A stretch of DNA of 64,000 nucleotides, from positions 3,926 through 67,925 of the forward strand of contig CAIOZA010000072.1 in the NCBI GenBank assembly GCA_903862655.1. Reading direction: 5' to 3'. This stretch comes from an uncultured Ignavibacteria bacterium (GTDB taxonomy: Bacteria; Bacteroidota; Ignavibacteria; Kapaibacteriales; UBA2268). How positions within the stretch are numbered: the first letter of the stretch is position 1; each line of letters begins with the position of its first letter. A program made the translations under genes and the position numbers. Positions 19,008 to 28,644 of this stretch are shown piece after piece. The notes beneath the pieces were generated by a model. It saw nothing but the letters and a program-made list of their open reading frames with translations, was not told where the DNA came from and did not search any database.

Positions 19008-21377
19008 ATGCTGATGTTATTAAGCTCAAAATCAAATCTAATAAATTCTTTTGTAATTTTAATATTTATTATCAGTTTTTCATTTCTTAATGCTCAAGAA
19101 AAGAAAGTATCTGTATCTGGTAAAATTACAAACAAAGCCGGAGATCCTGTTCCTTCGGTAAGAATTTTTCTCGCAGACCAGAAAAAGCAAACTTTTTCTG
19201 CCACCAATGGCACGTTTCAAATTAATCTAATTAAACCCGGTACTTTTAAACTTGGAATTGCCAGAATTGGGTATTCGAATCTCGACACACTATTGAACCT
19301 ATCAAAGTCAATTGAGAATCTTGAGCTGGTTCTTCTGGAATCTGATGTCATAACCGATGATGTAGTCATCACCGGTACTCGTTCCTATAAGCATATCGAA
19401 GATTTGCCAATTCCTACTGAAGTTGTCTCAAAAAGTGAAATCAAGAATCAGGGCTATCTCAGACTAAATGAAGTTATCAATCAGGAAATGGGTATCCCTA
19501 TGACTGAAGATAAATTTCGGGGTATGCAGGTTCAGGGCTTAGATGCTGACTATACATTAGTTCTCATTAACGGTGAACCTCTCACTGGCAGAACCGGTGG
19601 TAATCTCGATATATCAAGATTTTCTGTTGCCAATCTTAGTAGAGTTGAAGTAGTAAGAGGCCCTTCATCATCACTATACGGAAGTTCTGCTCTTGCAGGA
19701 GTGGTTAATCTTATCACAGAAAAACCAACCAAACCGTTGACTCTCAATGCCGCAGGAAGATATGGATCTCACGCCACTTACGATATTGCAGGTGATGTTT
19801 CAGCCGCATCAAAAGACAAAACTTTAGGTATAAATCTTTTTGTAGATAGTTACAGGACTCAGGGCTTTTCTGTTCTGCCAGGTGCTGTTATTAAAACTGT
19901 ACCCGACAACCAAAACCTGGCAATAAGTTCTGATTTGTTTTATGATATGACTAATATTGCCACTTCCAGACTTAGCGGACGAATGTATAACGAAGCAGTC
20001 AAAAATGATTTCTGGAAATATACGATTGAAAATGGTATAAAAACAGATTCAGCATTGATTGACGATAAAATTACAAACAGCGAGTACTCAATCGGTTTAG
20101 ATATTAATCATAAGATATCAAACAGATACGGTCTTGAAGGTAGATTATACTTTACAACCTTCAAAACTGAAACTTATGATATGTACAAATCTACAAATCT
20201 ATTTTATGATCAATATCTTTTCAAGCAAAGCACATTTAAAGGAGAAGTTCAATCAACTTCGCTACTAGGTGCAAATCAGATTATTGGTGGATTTGGCGTG
20301 CAGATGGAAGGTGCCCAAAGTGACCGTATTGCCGATACTAATCAAACTGTAAGGTTAATCTATGGCTATCTTCAGGATGATTGGCAGATATCCGATCAGA
20401 TTGATTTAATTGGTAGTATTCGATATGATGCTCACAGTGCTTATGCAGACTATCTAAGCCCCAAACTGGCAGTTTCATGGAAATCATTACCGGGACTGAC
20501 CTTAAGAGCTTCCATTGGAAGTGGGTTCAAAGCTCCATCCTTTGAGGAACTCTACCTAAACTGGTCCCTTGCCTCCGAAGGGTATACAGTTCTTGGTATT
20601 AAGAACTTTCAATCCGACTTCGCTAAGCTTAATGCTACCGGTCAAATAGCGAAAACATTAATAAGCGACGTTACCCAAATCGGTGATTTAAAACCTGAAA
20701 AATCCTGGGCTATTGATTTTGGTGGTGATTATACTTTAAATGATAATCTTGATTTCAGAATAAATTTTTTCAGAAATAACATTACTGATTTGATTGAATT
20801 CCTGCCCGTTGCAATAAAGACAAATGACCGTTTGCTCTATACTTATTTTAATGTTAGAAAAATCCATACTCAGGGATTAGAAACCAGAGTTAGATTTTAT
20901 CCTATTTCCAGTATTAATGTCGAGCTCAACTATCAACTTCTTTACAGTGCAGATGATGAAGTAGAGGCAACCCTAAACGATCCGAATCAGGCAAAATATT
21001 GGAAAAGGGATGGAGACCATGATAGAAAAGTCAGACCCGACGAATACGGAGGCTTGATGAACAGATCAAGACACAGCGGTGCTGTGAGAATAACCTGGGA
21101 TTACAAAACACTCGATTTATATTTCACTCTGAGGGGGATATTCAAATCGAAATATGGATTTGCCGATGCAAATGGCAATACCATTCTCGATGATCCTAAT
21201 GAATATTCACCCGGCTATTCGATGTGGTACCTATCCGCTACAAAAAAAGTTTATAAATATTTTTCATTGCAGGCAGGAATTGATAATCTTGCCGATTATA
21301 AAACACATGGAACGAGATTGATTACTTCTGGAAGAACCGGTTACGTAAGCTTGTTATTCAATTATATATTTGATTAA
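19008..21377 (+). CDS. TonB-dependent outer-membrane receptor (CarboxypepD_reg N-domain + plug + 22-strand barrel)
   Basis: Signal peptide. KVSVSGKITNKAGDPVPSVRIFL (CarbopepD_reg). Plug motifs (VVITGTR, VVRGPSSSLYGSSALAGVVNLIT). Long beta-barrel ending in an aromatic-rich C-terminus. Confidence 0.9.
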   Translation: MLMLLSSKSNLINSFVILIFIISFSFLNAQEKKVSVSGKITNKAGDPVPSVRIFLADQKKQTFSATNGTFQINLIKPGTFKLGIARIGYSNLDTLLNLSKSIENLELVLLESDVITDDVVITGTRSYKHIEDLPIPTEVVSKSEIKNQGYLRLNEVINQEMGIPMTEDKFRGMQVQGLDADYTLVLINGEPLTGRTGGNLDISRFSVANLSRVEVVRGPSSSLYGSSALAGVVNLITEKPTKPLTLNAAGRYGSHATYDIAGDVSAASKDKTLGINLFVDSYRTQGFSVLPGAVIKTVPDNQNLAISSDLFYDMTNIATSRLSGRMYNEAVKNDFWKYTIENGIKTDSALIDDKITNSEYSIGLDINHKISNRYGLEGRLYFTTFKTETYDMYKSTNLFYDQYLFKQSTFKGEVQSTSLLGANQIIGGFGVQMEGAQSDRIADTNQTVRLIYGYLQDDWQISDQIDLIGSIRYDAHSAYADYLSPKLAVSWKSLPGLTLRASIGSGFKAPSFEELYLNWSLASEGYTVLGIKNFQSDFAKLNATGQIAKTLISDVTQIGDLKPEKSWAIDFGGDYTLNDNLDFRINFFRNNITDLIEFLPVAIKTNDRLLYTYFNVRKIHTQGLETRVRFYPISSINVELNYQLLYSADDEVEATLNDPNQAKYWKRDGDHDRKVRPDEYGGLMNRSRHSGAVRITWDYKTLDLYFTLRGIFKSKYGFADANGNTILDDPNEYSPGYSMWYLSATKKVYKYFSLQAGIDNLADYKTHGTRLITSGRTGYVSLLFNYIFD

Positions 21378-21399
21378 TTTTACAATTTTAGGAGGATTT

Positions 21400-21969
21400 A
21401 TGTATAAAGTATTTGCAGTTCTCTTCTTGGTCTCAGCTTTGTTGATTGTTAGCTGTAGTGACAATACGACTAATAACAATAATACTACCAATCTTAATTC
21501 AGTTAAAGTTTCTAACTTTAGTGCAGACACAAGTGGTCAGACATTCAAATTGTTCAGTTTCAAGAATAATGCAGTGGTTCCAGTATCCGATTCAGCAACA
21601 ACCAAGTGGGATATCGGTTTTAAAAAAACAAGTATCATAGTGAACAGTGCCCCTTATGGACCTGGTCTAGCTGGAATCCAGATATTGGCGGGTACAGATT
21701 TTGCTACACTGAAAACAGCACCTGATGCTGGTTATACTTCAGGGAGCATTGATCCATCATCCAAATGGTATAATTACAATCAAGACACACATATTATTTC
21801 TCCAATACCCGGAGTTGTTATCGTCATGAAAACAGCAGATGGTAAATATGTTAAAATGAGAATTTCCAGTTATTATAAAGATAATCCGGCAACTCCCGAT
21901 CAGACAAGTATTTCACCCTTCTATACATTCGATTTTGTATATCAACCTGACGGAACAAAGAATTTCTAA
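21400..21969 (+). CDS. Lipoprotein co-transcribed with the TonB-dependent receptor (possibly HmuY-like accessory binding protein)
   Basis: AGGAGG RBS 7 nt upstream of ATG 21400. Signal peptide + lipobox LIVSCSD. The ORF-track start 21370 is probably too early. The HmuY similarity is a weak recollection only. Confidence 0.45.
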   Translation: MYKVFAVLFLVSALLIVSCSDNTTNNNNTTNLNSVKVSNFSADTSGQTFKLFSFKNNAVVPVSDSATTKWDIGFKKTSIIVNSAPYGPGLAGIQILAGTDFATLKTAPDAGYTSGSIDPSSKWYNYNQDTHIISPIPGVVIVMKTADGKYVKMRISSYYKDNPATPDQTSISPFYTFDFVYQPDGTKNF

Positions 21970-21990
21970 TTCTTATTCAAATCCACTTTT

Positions 21991-22027
21991 AAGCCATATC
22001 TTTTTAAGGTATGGCTTTTTTATTTTT
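21991..22027 (+). terminator. Rho-independent terminator
   Basis: aagccata / tatggctt stem followed by a T-run. Confidence 0.5.
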
Positions 22028-22106
22028 TATTATTAATTAAAAATTAATAAATTATACTTTCTATTTTCAAAATTTTCAAACTCAATGTTAATAATATAAT
22101 TTCCGG

Positions 22107-22964
22107 ATGATAAATAGTTCTGAAATAATGATCGATGTGCAAGGCTTACAAAAGTATTTTGGTGAACACCATATCATCAAAGGTGTGAGTTTCCAGGTAC
22201 GTAAAGGTGAGCTTATCTCGGTTATTGGCCGTTCCGGATGTGGTAAAACAACATTACTCCGTTGTTTGAATTGTCTTGAGCTTTTCGATATTGGTGGTAT
22301 CTTCATTGCCGGCATAGCCTTAAACCGTACATTATCAGGAAAATCACAGGAAGTTGATAAATCGAAGTCACAAAAAATGCTTTCTAAGATGGCACTTCCA
22401 TTCATGGGATTCGAAAAGGAAAAGCAACTCGATGAAGACTTCAGAATCAAAGCTCATACCCTAAGAACACGTGTGGGGATGCTGTTCCAGGGTCTTAATC
22501 TGTTCCCGCATTTAACAGTTCTCGAGAATGTTTCACTGGCACCGATAATTGTTAAAAACGAAAATAAAATTGATGTTCATCAAAAAGCAAAAGAACTGCT
22601 CAAAAAGGTAGGCTTGGAGCAATTCACAGAACGATATCCTTCACAGCTTTCAGGTGGTCAGGCGCAAAGAGTTGCCATTGCAAGAGCTCTCTCTATGTCC
22701 CCGCAAGTTATGCTATATGATGAGCCTACTTCAGCCTTGGATCCTGAGCTGGTCGGCGAAGTTCTCCAGGTAATGAAAAATCTCCATGACGAAGGAATGA
22801 CTCAGGTCGTAGTTACTCACGCTCTTCATTTTGCACAAAATGCATCTGACAGAGTTATATATATGGAAGAAGGCCACATCATTGAAATGGATTCACCAGA
22901 TGTGATATTCAATCATCCCAAAGATGAGAGAACATTGAAGTATATTAATATTTTAAAAGATTAA
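22107..22964 (+). CDS. Polar amino-acid ABC transporter ATP-binding protein (GlnQ/ArtP-like) with approx. 35-aa insertion between Walker A and Q-loop
   Basis: Walker A GRSGCGKTT, Q-loop MLFQGLNLFPH, signature LSGGQAQRVAIARAL, Walker B MLYDEPTSALD, H-loop VVTHAL. Confidence 0.9.
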   Translation: MINSSEIMIDVQGLQKYFGEHHIIKGVSFQVRKGELISVIGRSGCGKTTLLRCLNCLELFDIGGIFIAGIALNRTLSGKSQEVDKSKSQKMLSKMALPFMGFEKEKQLDEDFRIKAHTLRTRVGMLFQGLNLFPHLTVLENVSLAPIIVKNENKIDVHQKAKELLKKVGLEQFTERYPSQLSGGQAQRVAIARALSMSPQVMLYDEPTSALDPELVGEVLQVMKNLHDEGMTQVVVTHALHFAQNASDRVIYMEEGHIIEMDSPDVIFNHPKDERTLKYINILKD

Positions 22965-22972
22965 TTAGAATT

Positions 22973-24493
22973 ATTATAAATAAGATCATTACATATTGCC
23001 TGTTACTCGTAATTTTTACCTTTATTGCCATTAGTGCTGATAAGCCTGTTCTGAGATGGGCTGCAGACGCTGAAGGCAATGCTCCATATATTTTCCTCGA
23101 TCCCAGAATCTCAACTCAAAATATTGGATTCGAAGTTGATATTGCAAATGCTCTTGCCGAAATATTAGGTATGAGAGCTGAATTTGTTCAAAACCAGTGG
23201 GATGGATTAATACCCGGACTTCAAAATAATAATTATGATGTTGCTATCAATGGCATTGAAATCACCGATGACAGAAAACAGGAAGTGAACTTCACTGATC
23301 CATATTATCTAACCTATGAACAATTAATTGTAAACTCCAACAGAGATGACATTAACTGCCTGTCAGACCTTGTCGGCAAGAAAGCCGGTGCTTTAAAAAG
23401 TTCATTAGCTGAGAGAATTCTCCAGTTTCCTGGAGTGGATGTAAAAACTTATGATAGCGAAGTCGCTGCAATGACTGATATGGCTAATGGGCGACTGGAT
23501 GCTGTATTGTGTGATGCACCAATCGCTCTTTATTACGCTAAACCTGACCCAAGATTTAAACTTGTTGGCCAGCCTATCGGTGAAATATCCTATGGTATCG
23601 CTGTCAGAAAAAGCGATACTCAACTCCATGCTAAATTGAATTCAGCAATCAATAAGCTCTCTACTTCCGGCAAACTCAGAGAAATATTAGAAAGATGGAA
23701 TCTTTGGCACTATTTGATGGCAGTATATTTGAATGATAAAGGACCATCGAATATCCTCCCTACAAAATATGATTATTACATGACCAGTCTGGGCAAATCG
23801 AAAACTTTCTACGATAAATTACAAAGATATTGGGAATTCAGATCTCTTTTTATCTGGGGTATCGTTAACACTCTCGGAGTTTCAATTGTTGCAATGATTG
23901 TTGCAATTATCTGGGGACTGTTCATAGCCTTAACTCGTTTGTATGCACCAAAACCTTTTTCGAGGCTGGCGGTCCTCTATATTGAGTTAATCAGAGGCAC
24001 TCCCTTGCTCATTCAATTGTATTTTATATACTATGCATTACCAAATATTGGTATCAGTATGTCCCCATTCCTGGCGGCTGTGATTGGTCTTGGTCTTAAC
24101 TACGCTGCTTATGAAGCTGAGAACTATCGAGCCGGATTATTCTCTGTGCCAAGAGGTCAGATGGAAGCCGCAGTAGCACTTGGAATGAGCCGGAATCAGT
24201 CCCTAAGGCATATTATCGTTCCTCAGGGGATTAGATTAGTCATTCCTCCCATGACAAACGATTTCATATCGCTCCTAAAAGATTCTTCACTAATTGCTGT
24301 CATCACTATGAATGACCTGACCAAAGCCTATTTCCAATTCGCTACCACATATTTCGATTTTCTTGGTGCAGGCGTGCTTGTCGCTATTCTTTACCTCATC
24401 ATCGGACTGCCTTTTGTCAAACTAGCCAAGTATGCTGAAGTAAAATTTTCAACCTTCCGCACCAGAGAAGAAGAAAATAGAATGAAATTATAA
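22973..24493 (+). CDS. Fused periplasmic substrate-binding domain (SBP_bac_3) + His/Glu/Gln/Arg-type ABC permease. The ORF-track ATG (23171) is internal, and the real N-terminus lies upstream with no canonical start codon
   Basis: In-frame translation upstream of 23171 (back to stop TAA 22946-22948) gives ...NKIITYCLLLVIFTFIAISADKPVLRWAADAEGNAPYIFLDPRISTQNIGFEVDIANALAEILG. That is a signal peptide plus SBP N-terminus continuous with MRAEFVQNQWDGLIPGL. The C-terminal half has the permease EAA loop (EAAVALGMSRNQSLRHIIVPQ). The start coordinate is approximate. Confidence 0.7.
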   Translation: MINKIITYCLLLVIFTFIAISADKPVLRWAADAEGNAPYIFLDPRISTQNIGFEVDIANALAEILGMRAEFVQNQWDGLIPGLQNNNYDVAINGIEITDDRKQEVNFTDPYYLTYEQLIVNSNRDDINCLSDLVGKKAGALKSSLAERILQFPGVDVKTYDSEVAAMTDMANGRLDAVLCDAPIALYYAKPDPRFKLVGQPIGEISYGIAVRKSDTQLHAKLNSAINKLSTSGKLREILERWNLWHYLMAVYLNDKGPSNILPTKYDYYMTSLGKSKTFYDKLQRYWEFRSLFIWGIVNTLGVSIVAMIVAIIWGLFIALTRLYAPKPFSRLAVLYIELIRGTPLLIQLYFIYYALPNIGISMSPFLAAVIGLGLNYAAYEAENYRAGLFSVPRGQMEAAVALGMSRNQSLRHIIVPQGIRLVIPPMTNDFISLLKDSSLIAVITMNDLTKAYFQFATTYFDFLGAGVLVAILYLIIGLPFVKLAKYAEVKFSTFRTREEENRMKL

Positions 24494-24547
24494 AAATATT
24501 TTTTTTATAATCTAGTCTAAGTATAATAAATAATAATTGGTAGAGAC

Positions 24548-25972
24548 ATGAAGTATATTCTTATTCTTGTAATAGTAAACATTGCAATTTCAAATAATAG
24601 TTTCACTCAGAAACTACCCAAAATAAATCCGGCTGTTAAGCCAACGGTAGATAAAATAATTAAGCCGGTGATTAAAGAAATCCAATCACTAAAAGACAGT
24701 GTTTCAAAAAGAATCAAACCCTTGAAATCCAATGCTGATACTTCTCTATCGAATGCTGTTAAATCTCCCGAAAACACAAAAAGGTTAAATTTAGCTAATA
24801 AAAATCTTACTCAATTGCCTGCTGATATTCTTAAACTCACTGAATTGGAAGTTCTTATTCTATCCAGAAATAAAATTTTATCACTTCCGCCTGAAATCAA
24901 AAATCTGAAGAAACTCAGAGTTCTGGATTTATCCGATAATTCTCTCGATCAGATTCCACCCGAAATATTTAATATTGAAAGTCTTACGGATCTGATCTTA
25001 TCTGATAATAATATTTCTAATGTTCCGGAACATATTTCTCACCTCTTAAATCTTAAAAATATCGTTCTTAAGAGGAATAAGATTGAGAACCTCCCCGAGA
25101 AATTCTCTGATCTTATTAATCTTCAAAATATTTCACTCGAATTTAATAAATTATCTACTCTGCCTTCATCAATAACTAAAATCTCAGGCTTGCAGAAACT
25201 GAATCTTGCGTCAAACAGTATTCAGCTAATCCCTGCAAGCATTGCCAATTTAGTTAATCTTAGAACATTTGTTATCCAGAATAATAAACTAAGTCAATTG
25301 CCCAAAGAAATTGGAAAATTAAAAAAGCTTACAGATCTTAGCTTAAATGAAAATCAGATTACAATGTTGCCTGATGAAATCTTAGAAATGGATGCTTTAA
25401 GAAGATTATCTATCCAGAAAAATAACCTTACGTCCATTCCCAAAGCAATCTTTGGACTGCAAAAGCTTGAAATTTTATATCTTCACGAAAATAAAATCAC
25501 TGAAATTCCTCCAGGTATCGAGCAAATGAAGAAGTTAAGAGATTTGGGTCTTAGTGATAATGCGATCGTCAAGATAAATGCCGATTTCAAAAAAATGCCT
25601 ACTCTTTTGAATTTCAACCTTAGTAAAAACAATTTAAGCGTTATTCCCGATGCAGTGTTCGGGATAACTAATCTCACAGAATTAGACTTGTCTTCCAATC
25701 AGTTGACTAAAGTTCCTGATAATATTTCTCTTCTGAAAAATTTAACTGTATTGAAACTTGATCAGAATCAATTAACCGAATTGCCATCATCTTTAACTCA
25801 ATTAAATAAATTAAAAACTCTGTCCCTGACTTCCAACAAACTTTCGGTTCTTCCATCTGGATTAGAGGCAATAACAAGTCTTAAACTCCTAAACATCAAG
25901 AATAATATGTTTACTGACGAATATAAAAGTAAATTAAAAGGGTTATTCAAAGGAACCAGGCTAAATTTCTAA
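24548..25972 (+). CDS. Secreted leucine-rich-repeat (LRR) protein
   Basis: Signal peptide. About 17 tandem approx. 23-aa repeats, LxxLPxxIxxLxxLxxLxLSxNxL. Confidence 0.8.
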   Translation: MKYILILVIVNIAISNNSFTQKLPKINPAVKPTVDKIIKPVIKEIQSLKDSVSKRIKPLKSNADTSLSNAVKSPENTKRLNLANKNLTQLPADILKLTELEVLILSRNKILSLPPEIKNLKKLRVLDLSDNSLDQIPPEIFNIESLTDLILSDNNISNVPEHISHLLNLKNIVLKRNKIENLPEKFSDLINLQNISLEFNKLSTLPSSITKISGLQKLNLASNSIQLIPASIANLVNLRTFVIQNNKLSQLPKEIGKLKKLTDLSLNENQITMLPDEILEMDALRRLSIQKNNLTSIPKAIFGLQKLEILYLHENKITEIPPGIEQMKKLRDLGLSDNAIVKINADFKKMPTLLNFNLSKNNLSVIPDAVFGITNLTELDLSSNQLTKVPDNISLLKNLTVLKLDQNQLTELPSSLTQLNKLKTLSLTSNKLSVLPSGLEAITSLKLLNIKNNMFTDEYKSKLKGLFKGTRLNF

Positions 25973-26028
25973 ATAATAATTTCATATTTTTTGAAACTTT
26001 TTTGCTTTCTTAGTGTTATTGCTTTAAG

Positions 26029-26589
26029 ATGAGTAATCTTGACCAATATAACGATATTGAATTGTTTGATATGCTGAATTCTGATAAGAAGACGGCAGAG
26101 TTGGCGTTTGCCGAGTTGTATTTAAGACATTCATCAAGGATCTATGCGTATTGTAGAAGATTTCTCGGCAATAAGGATGATGCACAAGATGTTTTCCAGG
26201 ATACATTTGTAAAATTTGTTGAAAGTGCTAAAAAACCTAGATCAATGACAAATGTTCCGGCTTTTTTGCTGAGAATTACTCGTAATCTATGTGTTAACGT
26301 CAAAAGAAAAGAAAAATATCCTATTACTTTTGAAGATTATATGGTTCCTGATGTTCACGAAAACAATGATAATGAAGAACTGTTAAAACTTATTAAAATG
26401 GCAATGGATATCATCCCTGAGGAATACAAAGACATATTCATTCTTAGGGAATACGATGGCCTTTCTTATACTGAAATTGCAGAAGTAACTAATACAACAT
26501 TAAGCGCCGTTAAAATAAAATTATTTAGAGCTAAGCAGAAAATCCGGGAGATTTTATCTCCTTATTTGTCTGAATTAAATAAATACTAA
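26029..26589 (+). CDS. ECF sigma factor (paralog of 6757..7323)
   Basis: DVFQDTFVKF, ITRNLCVNVKRK, EIAEVTNTTLSAVKIKLFRAKQKI. Shares ITRNLC.NVKR and (I/L)L.PYL.EL(S/N)K with the first sigma. Confidence 0.85.
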   Translation: MSNLDQYNDIELFDMLNSDKKTAELAFAELYLRHSSRIYAYCRRFLGNKDDAQDVFQDTFVKFVESAKKPRSMTNVPAFLLRITRNLCVNVKRKEKYPITFEDYMVPDVHENNDNEELLKLIKMAMDIIPEEYKDIFILREYDGLSYTEIAEVTNTTLSAVKIKLFRAKQKIREILSPYLSELNKY

Positions 26590-26622
26590 TAAATACAATG
26601 TTAAACTAACTATAAATTTAAA

Positions 26623-27828
26623 ATGAACAATTTAACAGGTAATAATTCATCCGAAATGCTCCATCTTCTTCTTGACGGAGAATTGGCTTCGGTTCAGGAA
26701 GTGCCATTGTTTTCTGCACTGGCAGCAAACGAGAATCTTCGTGGGGAGATGAAGGATCTTATTGCAATCCGCAATTCGGTTCATAGAGATGAAGAGGCAT
26801 TTATACCACCATTTGCCGCAACAGCTGCTGTATTCCAAAGTACTGGATTTAGTCTGCCCTTAGCTGCTTCGGCAGTGGCTGCCGGCACCACCGGTGGTGG
26901 GTTCTATAGCATATTGAAATCTGTCTGGGTTCCGATTTTGGTAGCAGGAATGTCTGCTTTTATTACATATTTCTTAGTTTCAGCAAATTATAACCAACAG
27001 ATCGCCTCTATTAAATCCGGAATTCAGAAGAACTATGCAGTAAATAATGCACAATCCAATGCTGGCAACAGCGGTCAGATAATGAACAATCACCCGACTG
27101 CCCCTAAAGTTATTATTAAATATGTCAAGGTTCCCGCTATTATTTCAAGTGAATCAACAGTTTCTAACGCAGACGCGTTGCCAACTATTGAACCTATTGC
27201 TGACAATATATCAAGCACTCGTATTCACTATCAAAATCCGGCCTCAATTCACTTGAATCCGATATTAAATACTCCATTTAAACCTATGAGTTCTGCTTAT
27301 GAACCAATGTATGCCAAATTGAGTATTCATCCTAAAGAGTATATGTTTATCCTAAGAGGACTAACCGGAGCTACTGTCCCTTCTGTCAATGCTTCGACTC
27401 CGGCAGGTTCTGGATTATCAAATATTTCTCTGGGTTTTTATTTCCTTTCTCCATATAACAACATTCATATTGGTGTAGAAGGTGGGCAGGAACCATTTTC
27501 TCAGAATTTCGTAAATACTGAAGGTGGCAGGAAATTCCGTTACGAACAACGACCTAATGTTGTTTTTGGAGGAGTGGGAGCAATTGGTAAATTAAATTCA
27601 AAAATAGACTTCTTATATGATGCCCAACCTTTTGGTCAATTATTTGTTGGTGGTTCCGAATTAGGGCCATTGGGCAAAATGATGGCTGGCCTCACTTGGG
27701 GTTCTGATAATTTGGGATTAAATGCATTCCTTGCATTGGAAGGGTCATTCCTTGCATACCAAAATCAGAGTATCTGGTACACATCCCAGAAATTTGGCAT
27801 CACTTATGGTTTTTCTGTACAATTTTAA
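26623..27828 (+). CDS. Putative anti-sigma factor / membrane protein (paralog of 5554..6744)
   Basis: Same architecture: soluble N-terminus, one Ala/Gly-rich TM helix, long periplasmic domain ending in ...GITYGFSVQF. Confidence 0.5.
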   Translation: MNNLTGNNSSEMLHLLLDGELASVQEVPLFSALAANENLRGEMKDLIAIRNSVHRDEEAFIPPFAATAAVFQSTGFSLPLAASAVAAGTTGGGFYSILKSVWVPILVAGMSAFITYFLVSANYNQQIASIKSGIQKNYAVNNAQSNAGNSGQIMNNHPTAPKVIIKYVKVPAIISSESTVSNADALPTIEPIADNISSTRIHYQNPASIHLNPILNTPFKPMSSAYEPMYAKLSIHPKEYMFILRGLTGATVPSVNASTPAGSGLSNISLGFYFLSPYNNIHIGVEGGQEPFSQNFVNTEGGRKFRYEQRPNVVFGGVGAIGKLNSKIDFLYDAQPFGQLFVGGSELGPLGKMMAGLTWGSDNLGLNAFLALEGSFLAYQNQSIWYTSQKFGITYGFSVQF

Positions 27829-27832
27829 GGTA

Positions 27833-28573
27833 ATGAAAATGAAAATGTTAATAAGGTTAAATATTATTTTTGCAGCACTTGCTCTTTTTATTTCAGCATG
27901 TACTTCACCGATGGATGTCGATACTCCTCGAGATAAAAAGTTAATTCCCGGAGAGAATTACAAAATCTCCGGAAAAATCTCAGAAATGAGTTTCGAAGAA
28001 AATGGAGTTTTATGCAAATTCAATTTAGGTGAGAATACTTTTCAGATAGACTCTACTGTAAATCCACCAAGAATCTGGATGAGAATTAAGTTAGCTGATA
28101 GCGATAACTTTAATACTACTCAAAGCAGGATTTCGGTTAAAGGTATTGACATCAGATTAGATTCCTTGGATATTTCTAGTCCTTATACTTTTACTGGAAG
28201 AAAAATTGGTGATAATTTCGCTATTATGGATATTGAGCGCGGTTTGAATACATCCAAAGATACTTCGGTCTATTTTGGGCACGACTTAAACTCTGCTGAG
28301 GTCACATTCAATTATAATAAGGCTAAAGGAGAACTTTGGGCATATACTCTCTCTAAAGTCTATGAGAATAAAATCTGGCTTGAATACCGCGATTCCACAT
28401 ATACAGATTTTATTACTGTCACTAGACCCGATACCACCTATGATAATAGTGGAAAAATGATTATTACTTTAAAAACTGAGAAAATAGCTAAAGAAGTTAC
28501 AATTAAATTAGAAGAAGAAAAAATGCTGAAAGATTCTTTGTTTTTGACCGGAAAGCTTAAGTTTAAATTCTAA
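27833..28573 (+). CDS. Hypothetical lipoprotein (third gene of the second ECF module)
   Basis: ATG 27833 right after the upstream stop with an AAGG RBS. MKMKMLIRLNIIFAALALFISACTSP. The ORF-track start 27722 overlaps the previous gene and is unlikely. Confidence 0.5.
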   Translation: MKMKMLIRLNIIFAALALFISACTSPMDVDTPRDKKLIPGENYKISGKISEMSFEENGVLCKFNLGENTFQIDSTVNPPRIWMRIKLADSDNFNTTQSRISVKGIDIRLDSLDISSPYTFTGRKIGDNFAIMDIERGLNTSKDTSVYFGHDLNSAEVTFNYNKAKGELWAYTLSKVYENKIWLEYRDSTYTDFITVTRPDTTYDNSGKMIITLKTEKIAKEVTIKLEEEKMLKDSLFLTGKLKFKF

Positions 28574-28644
28574 TTTTAATTTTAATTTTTATTCCTTATA
28601 TTTGAGAAATTAAACTTACTTACACGTTATTAAGAGGTGGTATC

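Noticed and set aside
24548-25972. Periodic approx. 69-bp nucleotide repeats that could be mistaken for a CRISPR-like or tandem-repeat array
   Set aside because: They are the coding repeats of an LRR protein in one continuous reading frame. No spacer/repeat alternation with constant repeats.
28561-28592. (AATTTT)3 microsatellite between the lipoprotein and the T9SS cargo gene
   Set aside because: Only three units in an AT-rich genome. Likely compositional rather than functional.
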